Origin: Terriglobia bacterium | GTDB lineage: Bacteria > Acidobacteriota > Terriglobia > 20CM-2-55-15 | Assembly: GCA_965198225.1 (NCBI GenBank) | Contig: CBDAOY010000007.1 | Location: forward strand, 1,013,545-1,077,544 | Direction of reading: 5' to 3' | DNA length: 64,000 nt | Shown here: positions 1-10,283 of the stretch, one piece after another | Numbering within the stretch: position 1 is the first letter of the stretch | How the letters are laid out: every line of letters begins with the position of its first letter | The notes under the pieces: generated by a model | What the model saw: the letters and a program-made list of their open reading frames with translations, nothing else | Told to the model about the DNA's origin: nothing | The model's database searches: none | Program-made: the position numbers and the translations under genes

Positions 1-1874
1 TCCTCCAACGCGTGACGGAGCTGTGGAACTTCGAGCGATTCGGGGTTCCGATCAGAGAGGGAGGACGCTACTTCTACTTCCGTAACAGCGGCCTGGAGAA
101 TCAGGCCGTCCTGTACACGATGGAACAACTGGATGGCGAACCGCGCGTCCTTTTGGATCCGAACACGATGTCGGTGGATGGCACGCTCGCACTTGTGGCA
201 TACGCGCCCAGCCGTGATGGAAGGTTCCTGGCCTACAGCGTGTCCACCAGCGGGTCCGACTGGCAGCATATACTCGTCCGCGACGTGGCCGGCGGAGCCG
301 ATCTTGAGGACCGTCTCGATTGGGTCAAATTCTCGGACATTTCATGGACCGCGGACCACGAAGGCTTCTTCTACAGTTGCTACGACGCCCCTTCCGGCGA
401 CGAATTCGCCGGCGAAAATTATTTCCAGAAGCTCTACTATCACCAGCTTGGAACTTCCCAGTCCGCAGATCGTCTCGTTTACGACAATCCCGACGAGCAG
501 GAGTGGGGGTTCCTGGGTCACGTGACCGAGGACGGCCGTTACCTGGTCATTCACATCCGCAAAGGCTCGGGACCCAAACACTGCGTCTATTTCAAAGATC
601 TCGACGAATCCGACGCCATGGACGATTGCGGGATCGTCAAACTGATGGACGGATTCGATGCGCGCTATGAGTTTGTCGGCAACGCTCGAGACGAGTTCTG
701 GTTCCTTACCGATCGTGACGCTCCCCGTGCGCGGCTCGTGGGGGTCGACCTGGGACGAAGCGATCCGTCCCAGTGGCGGGAGATCATCCCGGAGGGTGAT
801 GCCACGCTCGAGGCGGTCGTCGCGGCCGGCGAAGGCTTCGTCGCCCGCTTTCTCGAACACGCTCGCAGTCGAGTGGAGCTGTACGGTAGGGACGGCGGGC
901 ATGTCCGGGAGTTGGAACTCCCCGGCATCGGGTCCGTAGTGGGTTTCTTCGGTAAAGCCGGCGGCACCGAAGCGTTCTACGCGTTTACGGATTTCACCAG
1001 TGCGCCAACCATTTACCGGTACGATGTCGCGACGGGTAAGAACGAGGTTTTCCGGAGTCCTCAGATCGACGTCGTGGGGAGCCGGTTCGAAACCCGACAG
1101 GTCTTCTACCAGAGCAGCGACGGAACGACGGTTCCGATGTTTCTCGTCCACCGGACCGACCTGGAGCTGGACGGGAACAACCCGACCCTGCTCTACGGTT
1201 ACGGCGGCTTCAACATATCGATGACCCCGGCGTTCTCCGTGCGCAACCTTGCCTGGCTCGAGATGGGCGGGGTTTATGCGGTCGCAAACATCCGGGGTGG
1301 CGGCGAATACGGTGAGGAGTGGCACCAGGCCGGAATCCGCCGCAACAAGCAGAACGGGATCGATGATTTCATCGCCGCGGCCGAATGGCTGACATCGAAC
1401 CGCTACACGAGCCCCAACCGCCTCGCGATCCACGGTGGGAGCAACGGCGGAATGCTCGTCGGGGCGTGCATGACGCAGCGACCCGACCTTTTCGCGGCTG
1501 TCGTGTCGGCGGTCGGTGTGATGGACCTGCTGCGTTTCGACAAGTTCACGATCGGATGGGCATGGCGCTCTGATTACGGGTCGCCGGACGATCCGGACGA
1601 CTTCAACATCCTCCGTGCCTGTTCGCCGTACCACAATCTACGAGAAGGAACAGAATACCCGGCGACGATGATCACCACCGGCGACCACGACGACCGTGTC
1701 GTCCCCTGTCACAGTTTCAAGTTCGCGGCAGCACTGCAGTCGGCGCAAGCCGCCAGGAGCGCTGCGGTGATACGGATCGGGGTCTCCGCGGGCCACGGCA
1801 TGGGTAAGCCGACTTCGATGCAGATCGAGGAGGCCGCCGACGTCCTGACCTTCCTCAAGCACTCGGTCATGTGA
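1..1874 (+). CDS. Prolyl oligopeptidase (S9A), 5' end probably outside the window
   Basis: Beta-propeller region followed by LLYGYGGF, nucleophile motif GGSNGG, DHDDRVVP and AGHG catalytic-triad motifs. Confidence 0.95.
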   Translation, partial: LQRVTELWNFERFGVPIREGGRYFYFRNSGLENQAVLYTMEQLDGEPRVLLDPNTMSVDGTLALVAYAPSRDGRFLAYSVSTSGSDWQHILVRDVAGGADLEDRLDWVKFSDISWTADHEGFFYSCYDAPSGDEFAGENYFQKLYYHQLGTSQSADRLVYDNPDEQEWGFLGHVTEDGRYLVIHIRKGSGPKHCVYFKDLDESDAMDDCGIVKLMDGFDARYEFVGNARDEFWFLTDRDAPRARLVGVDLGRSDPSQWREIIPEGDATLEAVVAAGEGFVARFLEHARSRVELYGRDGGHVRELELPGIGSVVGFFGKAGGTEAFYAFTDFTSAPTIYRYDVATGKNEVFRSPQIDVVGSRFETRQVFYQSSDGTTVPMFLVHRTDLELDGNNPTLLYGYGGFNISMTPAFSVRNLAWLEMGGVYAVANIRGGGEYGEEWHQAGIRRNKQNGIDDFIAAAEWLTSNRYTSPNRLAIHGGSNGGMLVGACMTQRPDLFAAVVSAVGVMDLLRFDKFTIGWAWRSDYGSPDDPDDFNILRACSPYHNLREGTEYPATMITTGDHDDRVVPCHSFKFAAALQSAQAARSAAVIRIGVSAGHGMGKPTSMQIEEAADVLTFLKHSVM

Positions 1875-1881
1875 CGCTCAC

Positions 1882-1917
1882 GTAGTGGGTCAGCTTGAAT
1901 TCAAACTGAACCACTAG
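1882..1917. repeat. REP-like imperfect palindrome abutting the MITE
   Basis: GTAGTGGGTCAGCTTGAA|TTCAAACTGAACCACTAG: 17-bp arms with 2 mismatches, starting with GTAG. Confidence 0.6.
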
Positions 1918-2188
1918 TGACCTGTAACAGTGCTATCGGTACCAGCGTTCGGCGGAACGGCGTCGGATTCTAGGAGTGACGCCCGAGCCAATGCTGTTTC
2001 ATTGCGAGGGCGTTACGACACCGAAGACGGCGCCGTTCCGACGAACCCTTCGGGCCGATGGGGGTTGCGGGCGATCTCTTTGTCGGAAGCCGTCACCGAT
2101 GAAAGAGCATCGCTTTCCGTCTCCCTCCTCGACCTCGCCCGCAAGACCCATCGGCGATGGTGCCGATAGCACTGTTACAGGCCACTAG
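1914..2188. mobile_element. 275-bp MITE-like element, copy 1
   Basis: 31-bp terminal inverted repeats (CTAGTGACCTGTAACAGTGCTATCGGTACCA / TGGTGCCGATAGCACTGTTACAGGCCACTAG, 2 mismatches) including CTAG at both ends; near-identical copy at 11205-11479. Confidence 0.85.
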
Positions 2189-2260
2189 CACGCTGCCGGC
2201 TGCCTTGATCGAAAGCGTGCTGCGTGATAGTTTTCATCCCGTACGTTACGGAGAATTCCC

Positions 2261-4171
2261 ATGAAAAAGAACCGTCTTCCGGTGCGTTTGCTTACCGTTG
2301 CCGCAGCCACGCTGGCGGTGATCTCTTGCAGCGGCGTTTCAGCCGACAACGAGTTTTTCGGTCGCGTGACACCGCCTGAAGGACAGGTGATGCGCTACAT
2401 TTCGGGATCCGAGCCGGAATCGCTGGATCCGCCGGTATCTTCCGGGCAGCCCGAGGCTCGCCTCTACATGGCGCTGTTCGAGGGGTTGACCGACTACAAC
2501 CCGAAGACCGCCGGTCCGATCCCGGGTGTTGCGGAGAGCTGGGAAGCCAATGCGGACAACTCCGAGTTTGTCTTCCACCTCCGTGAAGATGCCCGTTGGA
2601 GCAATGGCGAACCGGTCAGAGCCGGGGATTTCGTCTACTCCTGGCGTCGTGCGCTATCGCCGGAGCTGGCGTCCAGAAATGCCTACCTCGCCTACGACAT
2701 CAAGTACGCGCAGGCCTACAACGAGGGCGGCGTGTTCGTCCTCGATCCTGAGACCGGGGAATTTCTCCGCGCGGTGGAGACGGCCCAGGGACCGTCCGAT
2801 TCGGAAGAGAACGATGAGTCCACCGGGGACACAGCCTTTCATGTCTTCATCCAGGGACCCACCCGTCTGACGCTCCCCGGGGACGAGGAGAGTCGTCAGG
2901 CGATGTTCGACGAAGATACTGAACTGGCGGGCCGGATGGCTGGGAAGGAATTCGTTCCCGTCCAGGCCGAGAGCATCGGCATCGAAGCCGTCGACGACCA
3001 TACCTTCCGCGCGACTCTGGCTCGACCGGCGCCGTACTTTGTCGGCCTCGTGGCGCACCAGACCTTCATGCCGGTCCTCCAGTGGGTCGTCGAACAGTAC
3101 GGTGAGGCCTGGACAAAGCCGGAAAACATCGTCACGAACGGCGCTTTCAAGCTGGAATCCCGGAAGCCGTACAACGAGATCGTCATGGTTCGGGACCCGA
3201 TGTACTGGGACGCGGACGCAGTGCGTCTCGACAAGCTCATCTTCTACCCGATGGAAGACGCAACGACGATGATGAATCTCTACAAGGCCGGAGAGGTCGA
3301 TGCTGTCTTCAATCATGTCGTTCCGGTGGCCTGGCTGGATCTGATCCGCCCCCTCGCCGACTACATGGATGCGCCCGAGAACGCGGTCGGGTACTACATG
3401 TTCAACGTGACGCGACCTCCTATGGACGACATCCGGGTGCGAAAGGCCTTCAACGCGTCCATCGACAAAGAGGCCCTGGCCCAGTACCGCCGGGTGACCA
3501 AGCCGCTGACTGCCTTCAGCCCCGAGGGAATCTACCCGGGTTACCCCCAGCCGAAGGGAGACCCGTTCGATCGGGAGCGGGCACGGAAGTGGCTCGCCGA
3601 GGCGGGCTACGTCGATGCGGCGGGCAACTACGATCCTTCCACCTTTCCGATTGAAGAGGTCGAACTGACATACAACACTTCGGAAAGCAACCGGCAGGTG
3701 GCGGAGTTCATCCAGGCGCAATGGAAGCAGAACCTGGGCTTGACGGTTCCGCTCAAGAACATGGAATGGAAGACATTCCTGGTTGTACGGGCGGCGCTGG
3801 ACTACAAGGGCATCGGGCGTGCCGGCTGGGTCGGCGACTACATGGATCCGTTTACTTTCCTCAATATCTTCTACACCGCCGGAGGGGACAACGGCACTGG
3901 CTGGTGGGACCCGGAATACGTGCGTTTGCTCGACGAGGCGAACACGACGCTGGATCCGGCGCGACGTTACGAACTGCTCGCTGAAGCCGAAGCATACATG
4001 CTCGCGGCACAGCCGATCATCCCGTTCGAGACCAACGCGACAAACTGGATGAAGAAGCCCTACGTGAAAGGTATGTATCCGAACCCGGGGACCCTCCATG
4101 CCTGGAAGTTCGTCTACATCGAACATGATCCGGCGAAATGGGACAGCGGCGTGCCGGATATGAGTCAGTAG
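2261..4171 (+). CDS. oppA: Oligopeptide ABC transporter substrate-binding lipoprotein
   Basis: Lipobox VISC; EPESLDP, LFEGLT, FHLREDARWSNGEPV, TNGAFKL and GWVGDYMDPFTFL (SBP_bac_5); first gene of an opp operon. Confidence 0.93.
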   Translation: MKKNRLPVRLLTVAAATLAVISCSGVSADNEFFGRVTPPEGQVMRYISGSEPESLDPPVSSGQPEARLYMALFEGLTDYNPKTAGPIPGVAESWEANADNSEFVFHLREDARWSNGEPVRAGDFVYSWRRALSPELASRNAYLAYDIKYAQAYNEGGVFVLDPETGEFLRAVETAQGPSDSEENDESTGDTAFHVFIQGPTRLTLPGDEESRQAMFDEDTELAGRMAGKEFVPVQAESIGIEAVDDHTFRATLARPAPYFVGLVAHQTFMPVLQWVVEQYGEAWTKPENIVTNGAFKLESRKPYNEIVMVRDPMYWDADAVRLDKLIFYPMEDATTMMNLYKAGEVDAVFNHVVPVAWLDLIRPLADYMDAPENAVGYYMFNVTRPPMDDIRVRKAFNASIDKEALAQYRRVTKPLTAFSPEGIYPGYPQPKGDPFDRERARKWLAEAGYVDAAGNYDPSTFPIEEVELTYNTSESNRQVAEFIQAQWKQNLGLTVPLKNMEWKTFLVVRAALDYKGIGRAGWVGDYMDPFTFLNIFYTAGGDNGTGWWDPEYVRLLDEANTTLDPARRYELLAEAEAYMLAAQPIIPFETNATNWMKKPYVKGMYPNPGTLHAWKFVYIEHDPAKWDSGVPDMSQ

Positions 4172-4182
4172 CGTGAGGCCCA

Positions 4183-4284
4183 ATGTCCAAAGTCCGAGGT
4201 TCAAAGTCCGAGGTCCAAAGTCCAAGGTCGAATGTCTGGAGATCAGTTAATGACGTCGGACAGTGGACTTCGGACCGTGGACTG
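4183..4284. repeat. Heptamer tandem repeat with complementary downstream arm
   Basis: Eight units such as AAGTCCG/AGGTCCA at 4183-4238, then TGGACTT-CGGACCG-TGGACTG. Confidence 0.7.
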
Positions 4285-4291
4285 ATTCCCG

Positions 4292-5212
4292 ATGTTGCAT
4301 TTCATAATCCGCCGACTGATGGTGACGCTGCCGATGGTCCTGGTTGTCGTGTCGCTGACCTGGGCTTTGATCCGGCTGGCTCCCGGCAACTTCTACACGG
4401 GCGAGAAGCCGATTCCCCCAGCGATCGAAGCAAACCTCCGCGCCAAGTACGGGCTCGACCAGCCTTGGTACGTCCAGTACGGGAAGATGATCAGCAACAC
4501 GCTGAGGGGGGACTTCGGAAACTCGTTGCGATACCAGGGACAGTCGGTGAACGAGATCCTGGCTGCCTCGCTGCCGGTGTCGGCGGGGATTGGCTTCGCG
4601 GCATACCTGCTGGCCCTTCTCATCGGCGTGCTCGTCGGCACGGTCTCGGCGGTCAAACAGAATTCCAGCATGGACTACACGTCGATGGGCTTTGCCATGG
4701 TCGGCATCTCTGTGCCCAACTTCGTTCTCGGACCGATTCTGGTGCTGGCGTTCGCACTGACGCTGTTCTGGCTGCCTCCGGCCCGGTGGGAAGGCTTTTT
4801 CAGTGTCCATACCATTCTGCCCGTGATCACGCTGTCCGCAGTCTACATGGCCTACATCGCCCGGCTTGCGAGATCGGGAATGCTCGAGGTACTCCGATCC
4901 AACTACATCCGAACCGCGCGGGCCAAGGGTTTGGATGAGAAAACCGTCGTTGTGCGGCATGGCCTGAGGGGTGGACTGCTGCCCGTCGTTTCGTTCTCGG
5001 GTCCGGCTCTGGCCCTGCTCATATCGGGCACCGTAGTCGTCGAGCGCATTTTCGCGCTGCCGGGATTGGGAAACTATTTCATCAACGCCAACCTCAACCG
5101 CGATGAACCGTTGATCATCGGAATCGTCGCGTTTATGTCGATCTCGATCCTGATCTTCAATCTGCTGGTCGACATCGCGTATGGATTCCTGGACCCCAGG
5201 GTGAGGTATTGA
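4292..5212 (+). CDS. oppB: Oligopeptide ABC permease
   Basis: YGLDQP, GDFGNS, EAA loop YIRTARAKGL, C-terminal LDPRVRY. Confidence 0.95.
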   Translation: MLHFIIRRLMVTLPMVLVVVSLTWALIRLAPGNFYTGEKPIPPAIEANLRAKYGLDQPWYVQYGKMISNTLRGDFGNSLRYQGQSVNEILAASLPVSAGIGFAAYLLALLIGVLVGTVSAVKQNSSMDYTSMGFAMVGISVPNFVLGPILVLAFALTLFWLPPARWEGFFSVHTILPVITLSAVYMAYIARLARSGMLEVLRSNYIRTARAKGLDEKTVVVRHGLRGGLLPVVSFSGPALALLISGTVVVERIFALPGLGNYFINANLNRDEPLIIGIVAFMSISILIFNLLVDIAYGFLDPRVRY

Positions 5213-5398
5213 AGAAGTTATGCGTAGGCCGTTATCCGTTGTCGGAAGAGGAGCTACCAACTCACAACGACGTACCAACGGCCTACGGCCTACTGAACCG
5301 AGGAAGTTATGAGTAGTCAGCTGTCAGTAGTCAGTTTTGGGAAAGGGATGGCGTACCGCCCAACGGCCTACGGACAACGGCTTACGACTTATTGACGA

Positions 5399-6337
5399 AT
5401 GTCCCAGGTTACCGAAACCGAAGTTGTGGCCGGAACGTCCTTGTGGCGCGACGCATGGCGCCGCCTGCTTCGCAACAGGTTGGCCGTCATCGGCATGACT
5501 TTCGTCGCCTTGATCGTTCTCGCGTCGATCGTCGGCCCACCGATCATCGAGGCGACAACCGGTTTCACGTACGACTACATACCGGCTGATTCCTCGCAGA
5601 TTCGATCGTTCCCGCCATTCACGGCGCCTGACGGTTCCTTTTCCCTGACTCACCCGATGGGAACCGACGAGGCGGGGCGGGACATCCTCGCGAGAGTTCT
5701 GTTGGGCGGGCGAATCTCTCTCATGGTCGGAAGCATTTCGACGATCGTGTCCCTGCTCATCGGTGTGACATACGGGGCGACGGCCGGTTACGTGGGCGGC
5801 CGGGTCGATGACGGGATGATGCGCATCGTCGACGTGCTCTACGCGATTCCATACATGATGGTTGTGATCGTCCTGCTGGCTTTCTTCGGAGGTCAGTCGC
5901 CGCTGGGTCAGTTGTTTCTGTTGTTCTTCGCTCTCGGCGCCGTGTCGTGGCTGACGATGGCCCGAATCGTGCGGGGACAGGTGATCTCGTTGAAGAACCA
6001 GGAATTCGTCCTCGCCGCGCGCGCCGGGGGCGTGTCGACTCCAAAGATCATCTTCAGGCATCTCGTTCCGAACACGCTCGGACCGGTCGTCGTCTACGCG
6101 ACGTTAACGATCCCGTCCGTCATGCTGCTCGAGGCGTTCCTGTCTTTCCTGGGTCTCGGTGTCCAGGCTCCGCTCGCCTCGTGGGGGAGTCTCGCCGCGG
6201 ACGGCATCCGAAACATCGCCGTCTTCCCGTGGCAGCTGATCTTTCCCGGAGTGACGATGGCCGCGACGCTGTTCTCGTTGAACTTCATGGGTGACGGGCT
6301 CCGGGACGCCTTGGATCCGCAGATGCGAAAGATGTAA
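5399..6337 (+). CDS. oppC: Oligopeptide ABC permease
   Basis: SLWRDAWRRL, HPMGTDEAGRD, EFVLAARAGG, GDGLRDALDP. Confidence 0.95.
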   Translation: MSQVTETEVVAGTSLWRDAWRRLLRNRLAVIGMTFVALIVLASIVGPPIIEATTGFTYDYIPADSSQIRSFPPFTAPDGSFSLTHPMGTDEAGRDILARVLLGGRISLMVGSISTIVSLLIGVTYGATAGYVGGRVDDGMMRIVDVLYAIPYMMVVIVLLAFFGGQSPLGQLFLLFFALGAVSWLTMARIVRGQVISLKNQEFVLAARAGGVSTPKIIFRHLVPNTLGPVVVYATLTIPSVMLLEAFLSFLGLGVQAPLASWGSLAADGIRNIAVFPWQLIFPGVTMAATLFSLNFMGDGLRDALDPQMRKM

Positions 6338-6338
6338 G

Positions 6339-6478
6339 CACGGATTACACGGATGGACTTACACATACAGGAGGAAGACAAGCCACGGATTGCACGGATT
6401 ACACGGACAGGAAGAAGCCCGTGGTCTGCATTCCGAAAAGACTACTCCTAATCCGTTAAATCCGTGTAATCCGTGGCT
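6339..6478. repeat. 9-bp-period inverted repeat (CACGGATTA)n ... (TAATCCGTG)n
   Basis: AGCCACGGATTGCACGGATTACACGGA (6381-6407) is complementary to ATCCGTTAAATCCGTGTAATCCGTGGCT (6451-6478). Confidence 0.75.
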
Positions 6479-6499
6479 TAGCAGTCTGAACATCAACGT

Positions 6500-7534
6500 A
6501 TGAACGAGGCTACGCTACTTTCGGTCCGATCACTAAGGACCTACTTCGAAACCGAGGACGGTACCGTCAGGGCGGTCGACGGTATCGATTTCGACCTCGC
6601 CTGCGGACGGACGCTCGGTATCGTCGGAGAATCCGGGTCCGGGAAGTCGGTCACCAACCTTTCGATCATGCGCCTGATCCCGTCGCCACCAGGTCGCATC
6701 GCTTCGGGCGAGATCGACTTCGACGGCCGGGATCTCCTGTCCCTGTCTGAGGAGGACATGCGCGGCGTTCGCGGCGATCGCATCGCGATGATCTTCCAGG
6801 ACCCTATGACTTCGTTGAACCCGTTCATGCGGATCTCGGACCAGCTCATGGAAGTGACCCGCCTCCACCTCGGGCACGGCAGGGCCGAGGCGCTCGAACA
6901 CGCGGTCGGAATGTTGGAGCTGGTCGGTATTCCGGATGCGCGCGAACGCGCGGGGAACTATCCACACGAGTTTTCCGGAGGAATGCGCCAACGCGTGATG
7001 ATAGCGATGGCATTATCGTGCGAGCCGAAACTGCTCATCGCCGACGAGCCAACGACGGCTCTGGACGTCACGATTCAGGCGCAGATTCTCGAACTGATCC
7101 GAAAACTGAAACGGGAGACAGGCACGAGCGTCATCCTGATCACCCACGACCTCGGCGTTGTAGCCGGTATGACCGACGACATCGTGGTCATGTACGCCGG
7201 CAAGGTCTTTGAACAGGCGCCGACACGCAGGCTGTTTGCCAATCCGGCCAATCCGTACACCGAAGGGTTGTTGCGCTCGGTCCCTGGACCGTCGTCGAAC
7301 GGCGGGGAGCTGTACCAGATTCCTGGTCTGCCTCCCGACCTCACGCGGCTCGGACCCGGCTGTCCGTTCGCGCCCCGATGCGACAGGGCGCAAGAGATCT
7401 GCAACAGCGAATTCCCGCCCTTCGTGGAACTCGGGCCCGACCATCACTCGCTGTGTCACTTCGCCGCCGAGGTTTACGCCGCGAACGGCGGGAGACAATA
7501 TGACGCCGGCTCGCCGTCCGAAACCGGTGATTGA
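6500..7534 (+). CDS. oppD: Oligopeptide ABC ATP-binding protein
   Basis: Walker [32 protein letters not shown], Cys-rich C-terminus. Confidence 0.95.
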   Translation: MNEATLLSVRSLRTYFETEDGTVRAVDGIDFDLACGRTLGIVGESGSGKSVTNLSIMRLIPSPPGRIASGEIDFDGRDLLSLSEEDMRGVRGDRIAMIFQDPMTSLNPFMRISDQLMEVTRLHLGHGRAEALEHAVGMLELVGIPDARERAGNYPHEFSGGMRQRVMIAMALSCEPKLLIADEPTTALDVTIQAQILELIRKLKRETGTSVILITHDLGVVAGMTDDIVVMYAGKVFEQAPTRRLFANPANPYTEGLLRSVPGPSSNGGELYQIPGLPPDLTRLGPGCPFAPRCDRAQEICNSEFPPFVELGPDHHSLCHFAAEVYAANGGRQYDAGSPSETGD

Positions 7535-7539
7535 GAGAC

Positions 7540-8622
7540 ATGGCTGAAAGCGCAACAGGACCGGACGTGGCCCACAACGGAACGCTTCTCTCGATCCGGG
7601 ATCTCAAGGTGCATTTCGATCTGGGCGGCGGAACCCTGTGGGATAGGGCCACAGGGGGGAGTCCGGTCCGGCGCGTCGTCAAGGCTGTCGACGGTGTGAC
7701 CATCGACATCCGCGCCGGCGAGACCCTGGGCCTGGTCGGAGAATCCGGATGCGGCAAGTCCACCCTCGGGCGTGCGCTGCTACGTTTGGAAGAGCCGACT
7801 GCCGGCGCGGTCGTTTTTCGCGGAGTGGACCTCCGCGGCCTGGCGCCGGCCGCGATGCGCGAGCAGCGGCGTCATCTGCAGATGATTTTCCAGGATCCGT
7901 ACGCGTCCCTGAACCCGCGCATGACGGTCGGGCAGATCGTCTCGGAGCCGATCGAGACCTTCGGACTGGCATCCGGCGCGGAAAAGGCCGGCCGGGTGAA
8001 TGAGCTGATGGAAACGGTCGGGCTCAGCCAGAGGTTCGTCAAGCGGTACCCGCACGAGTTCTCCGGCGGACAGCAACAGCGCATCGGCATCGCGCGCGCA
8101 CTGGCGGCCAATCCTGATTTCATTGTCGCCGACGAGCCCATATCGGCCCTGGACGTGTCGATCCAGGCGCAGATCATCAACTTGATCGAGCGGTTGCGCC
8201 GGGAACGAAACCTGACATACCTGTTCATCTCACACGATCTCCGCGCTATCCGGCACACTGCCGATCGCGTCGCGGTGATGTATCTGGGAAAGCTCGTCGA
8301 GCTGGGTGACGCCGAGACTCTCTACAACGACCCGCTCATGCCGTACACGAAGGCGCTGATCTCGGCGGTTCCCATTCCCGACCCCGAACGGGAGTTGGCG
8401 CGCGAGCGTGTCGTGCTGGAAGGTGACGTTCCGTCCCCCATCAACCCGCCCTCTGGCTGTCGCTTCCACACCCGCTGTCCTTATGCCATCCACGCTTGCA
8501 GGGAGAACGTGCCTGAGCTCGTCGAAATCAAGCCGGACCACATGGCCGCGTGCATCCGGATCAGTTCCGAGCAGCCCGACATCGACGGGGTTGCGCCTGA
8601 TTCGGCCCCGGGACTTGGTTGA
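7540..8622 (+). CDS. oppF: Oligopeptide ABC ATP-binding protein
   Basis: [46 protein letters not shown]; ATG at 7540 preferred over TTG at 7531. Confidence 0.95.
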   Translation: MAESATGPDVAHNGTLLSIRDLKVHFDLGGGTLWDRATGGSPVRRVVKAVDGVTIDIRAGETLGLVGESGCGKSTLGRALLRLEEPTAGAVVFRGVDLRGLAPAAMREQRRHLQMIFQDPYASLNPRMTVGQIVSEPIETFGLASGAEKAGRVNELMETVGLSQRFVKRYPHEFSGGQQQRIGIARALAANPDFIVADEPISALDVSIQAQIINLIERLRRERNLTYLFISHDLRAIRHTADRVAVMYLGKLVELGDAETLYNDPLMPYTKALISAVPIPDPERELARERVVLEGDVPSPINPPSGCRFHTRCPYAIHACRENVPELVEIKPDHMAACIRISSEQPDIDGVAPDSAPGLG

Positions 8623-8632
8623 GAAATTCCTG

Positions 8633-8899
8633 TCTGAAAAGTTTTGGGTAAGTAGACACCCGAGGACAGGGCTATACCCCTGTCCCCCTCACATTGGCTC
8701 TTTCACGGACTTTTCGCGTAGCGACCGGAAAACCCTCTGTGCCTCCGCGCCTTTGCGGTGAGATCGCCGCTCTGAAGAGTTCTGCGTAAGCAGACACCCG
8801 GGGACAGGGCTATACCCCTGTCCCCCTCACATTGGCTCTCTCACGGACATCCCGCGTAACGACAGGAAAACCCTCCGTGCCTCCGCGCCTCCGTGGTTA
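8633..8899. repeat. Diverged tandem duplication of a 138-bp hairpin-containing unit between convergent genes
   Basis: Units start at 8633 and 8771; each has a GGACAGGG-CTATAC-CCCTGTCC hairpin and a CCTC(T/C)GTGCCTCCGCGCCT tail. Confidence 0.8.
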
Positions 8900-10213
8900 G
8901 TCTTCTTTCATCACCAGTGTTTTTGCGTGTTTCGAGCGGAACAGGTAGGCCACGTAGCCGAGGGTGAGCGTGGCGATTCCGGTCAGAGTCGAGATCGGTT
9001 GGGACTGGATGCTCCACACGGTGATCCAGAGGGCAAAGATCGTGAAGATCAGCGGCGGGATGGGGTAGCCGATACAGATGCGGTGAGTGGAGCGGCCGGA
9101 TCGGCGGAGGCGGAACAGGCTGATCACCGTCAGCGCCGCAAAAATGTTCAGAGTGAAACCGATGTAGATCAGCAACGCGGTGAACGACGACGTCAGCGCA
9201 ATCAGCACCGCAAGGGTTGCCTGGAAGAACACGGCGAAACTGGGGACATTCCGATGATTGAGTCTGCCGAAACGCTCGGGAAGAAACCCGTCCCGGGCCA
9301 TGGCCTCGGCGACGCGCGGGCCGGTCAGGAGCATGGCGCTGATCGGAGCGATCAGGGTCACGGCGATCAAGGTCGACACGAGCCGCCCGCCCTCGGGTCC
9401 CCAGACGGTCCTCGCGACGAGGTAGCCGACTTCTTCGACGCCGGAGAGTTCCTCGAGTCCTACGGATCGCAAAAAGGAAAGGTTGACGAGAAAATACAGG
9501 AGCGTGACGCCGCCCGCGCCCCATAGCAAAGAGCGAGGCAGGTTGCGCTCCGGCCGATCGATCTCCGTCCCGATGTATGCCGCAGCATTCCAACCGCTGT
9601 AGGCGAACGAGATGAACACAAGAACGACCGCGAACGACGACGAGGTCCAGAATCCGGGATTGAACGTCAGGGGGGACCCCGACCTGACGTCCGGTCCGGC
9701 GAAGAGGATGCCGAACACGAACGCCAGGAGCAGGAGCACCTTGATGGCGATCATGATGGTCTGTACCCGGCTTCCGAGTTTCAGATCATATGCGTGGAGC
9801 AGGGCGAGCAACAGAATCGTTCCCGCCGCCATCCCCCGGACGGGCCAGTTCGGCAAAATGGTGCCGACGTAGAGATGCATGGCCATGGCCGATGCTGCGA
9901 TCGGGGCGGCAAACCCGACGATCAGGGAAACCCAGCCGGAAATGAAACCTGCGGCCGGGTGGAGAAGCCGGCTCAGATAATGGTATTCGCCGCCCGAGGC
10001 CGGGAAGTGTGCACCGATCTCCCCGTAACAGAGGGCGCCGCACAGGGCGATTGCGCCGCCGACCAGCCACCCGAGGAGAATGTCGCCGCCTTCGGCACCC
10101 ATGGACACCATCAACCCGGTCGTCGTGAAGATGCCGGTGCCGATCATGCTCGAGACGACGATCGCCGAAGCCGGTATCGCGCCCAGAACACGGCGGTTTT
10201 CGGTGTCTCTCAC
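8897..10213 (-). CDS. APC-family amino acid permease
   Basis: MIGTGIF, CYGEIGAHFPASGGEY, FAYSGWN; about 12 hydrophobic segments. Confidence 0.92.
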   Translation of the reverse strand: MRDTENRRVLGAIPASAIVVSSMIGTGIFTTTGLMVSMGAEGGDILLGWLVGGAIALCGALCYGEIGAHFPASGGEYHYLSRLLHPAAGFISGWVSLIVGFAAPIAASAMAMHLYVGTILPNWPVRGMAAGTILLLALLHAYDLKLGSRVQTIMIAIKVLLLLAFVFGILFAGPDVRSGSPLTFNPGFWTSSSFAVVLVFISFAYSGWNAAAYIGTEIDRPERNLPRSLLWGAGGVTLLYFLVNLSFLRSVGLEELSGVEEVGYLVARTVWGPEGGRLVSTLIAVTLIAPISAMLLTGPRVAEAMARDGFLPERFGRLNHRNVPSFAVFFQATLAVLIALTSSFTALLIYIGFTLNIFAALTVISLFRLRRSGRSTHRICIGYPIPPLIFTIFALWITVWSIQSQPISTLTGIATLTLGYVAYLFRSKHAKTLVMKED

Positions 10214-10283
10214 GTCCAGGGAATCCTACCAGACTTGCCACGCGGGCCAGATGAAATGATGTAATACGAGTGAGGTCTGTTCG

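Noticed and set aside
1930-2188. Short ORFs inside the MITE copies, and the extended start of the cyclase ORF at 11448
   Set aside because: They lie within the repeat and show no protein features
4183-4938. 251-aa ORF beginning SKVRGSKSEVQSPRS
   Set aside because: Translation of the heptamer repeat running out of frame through oppB
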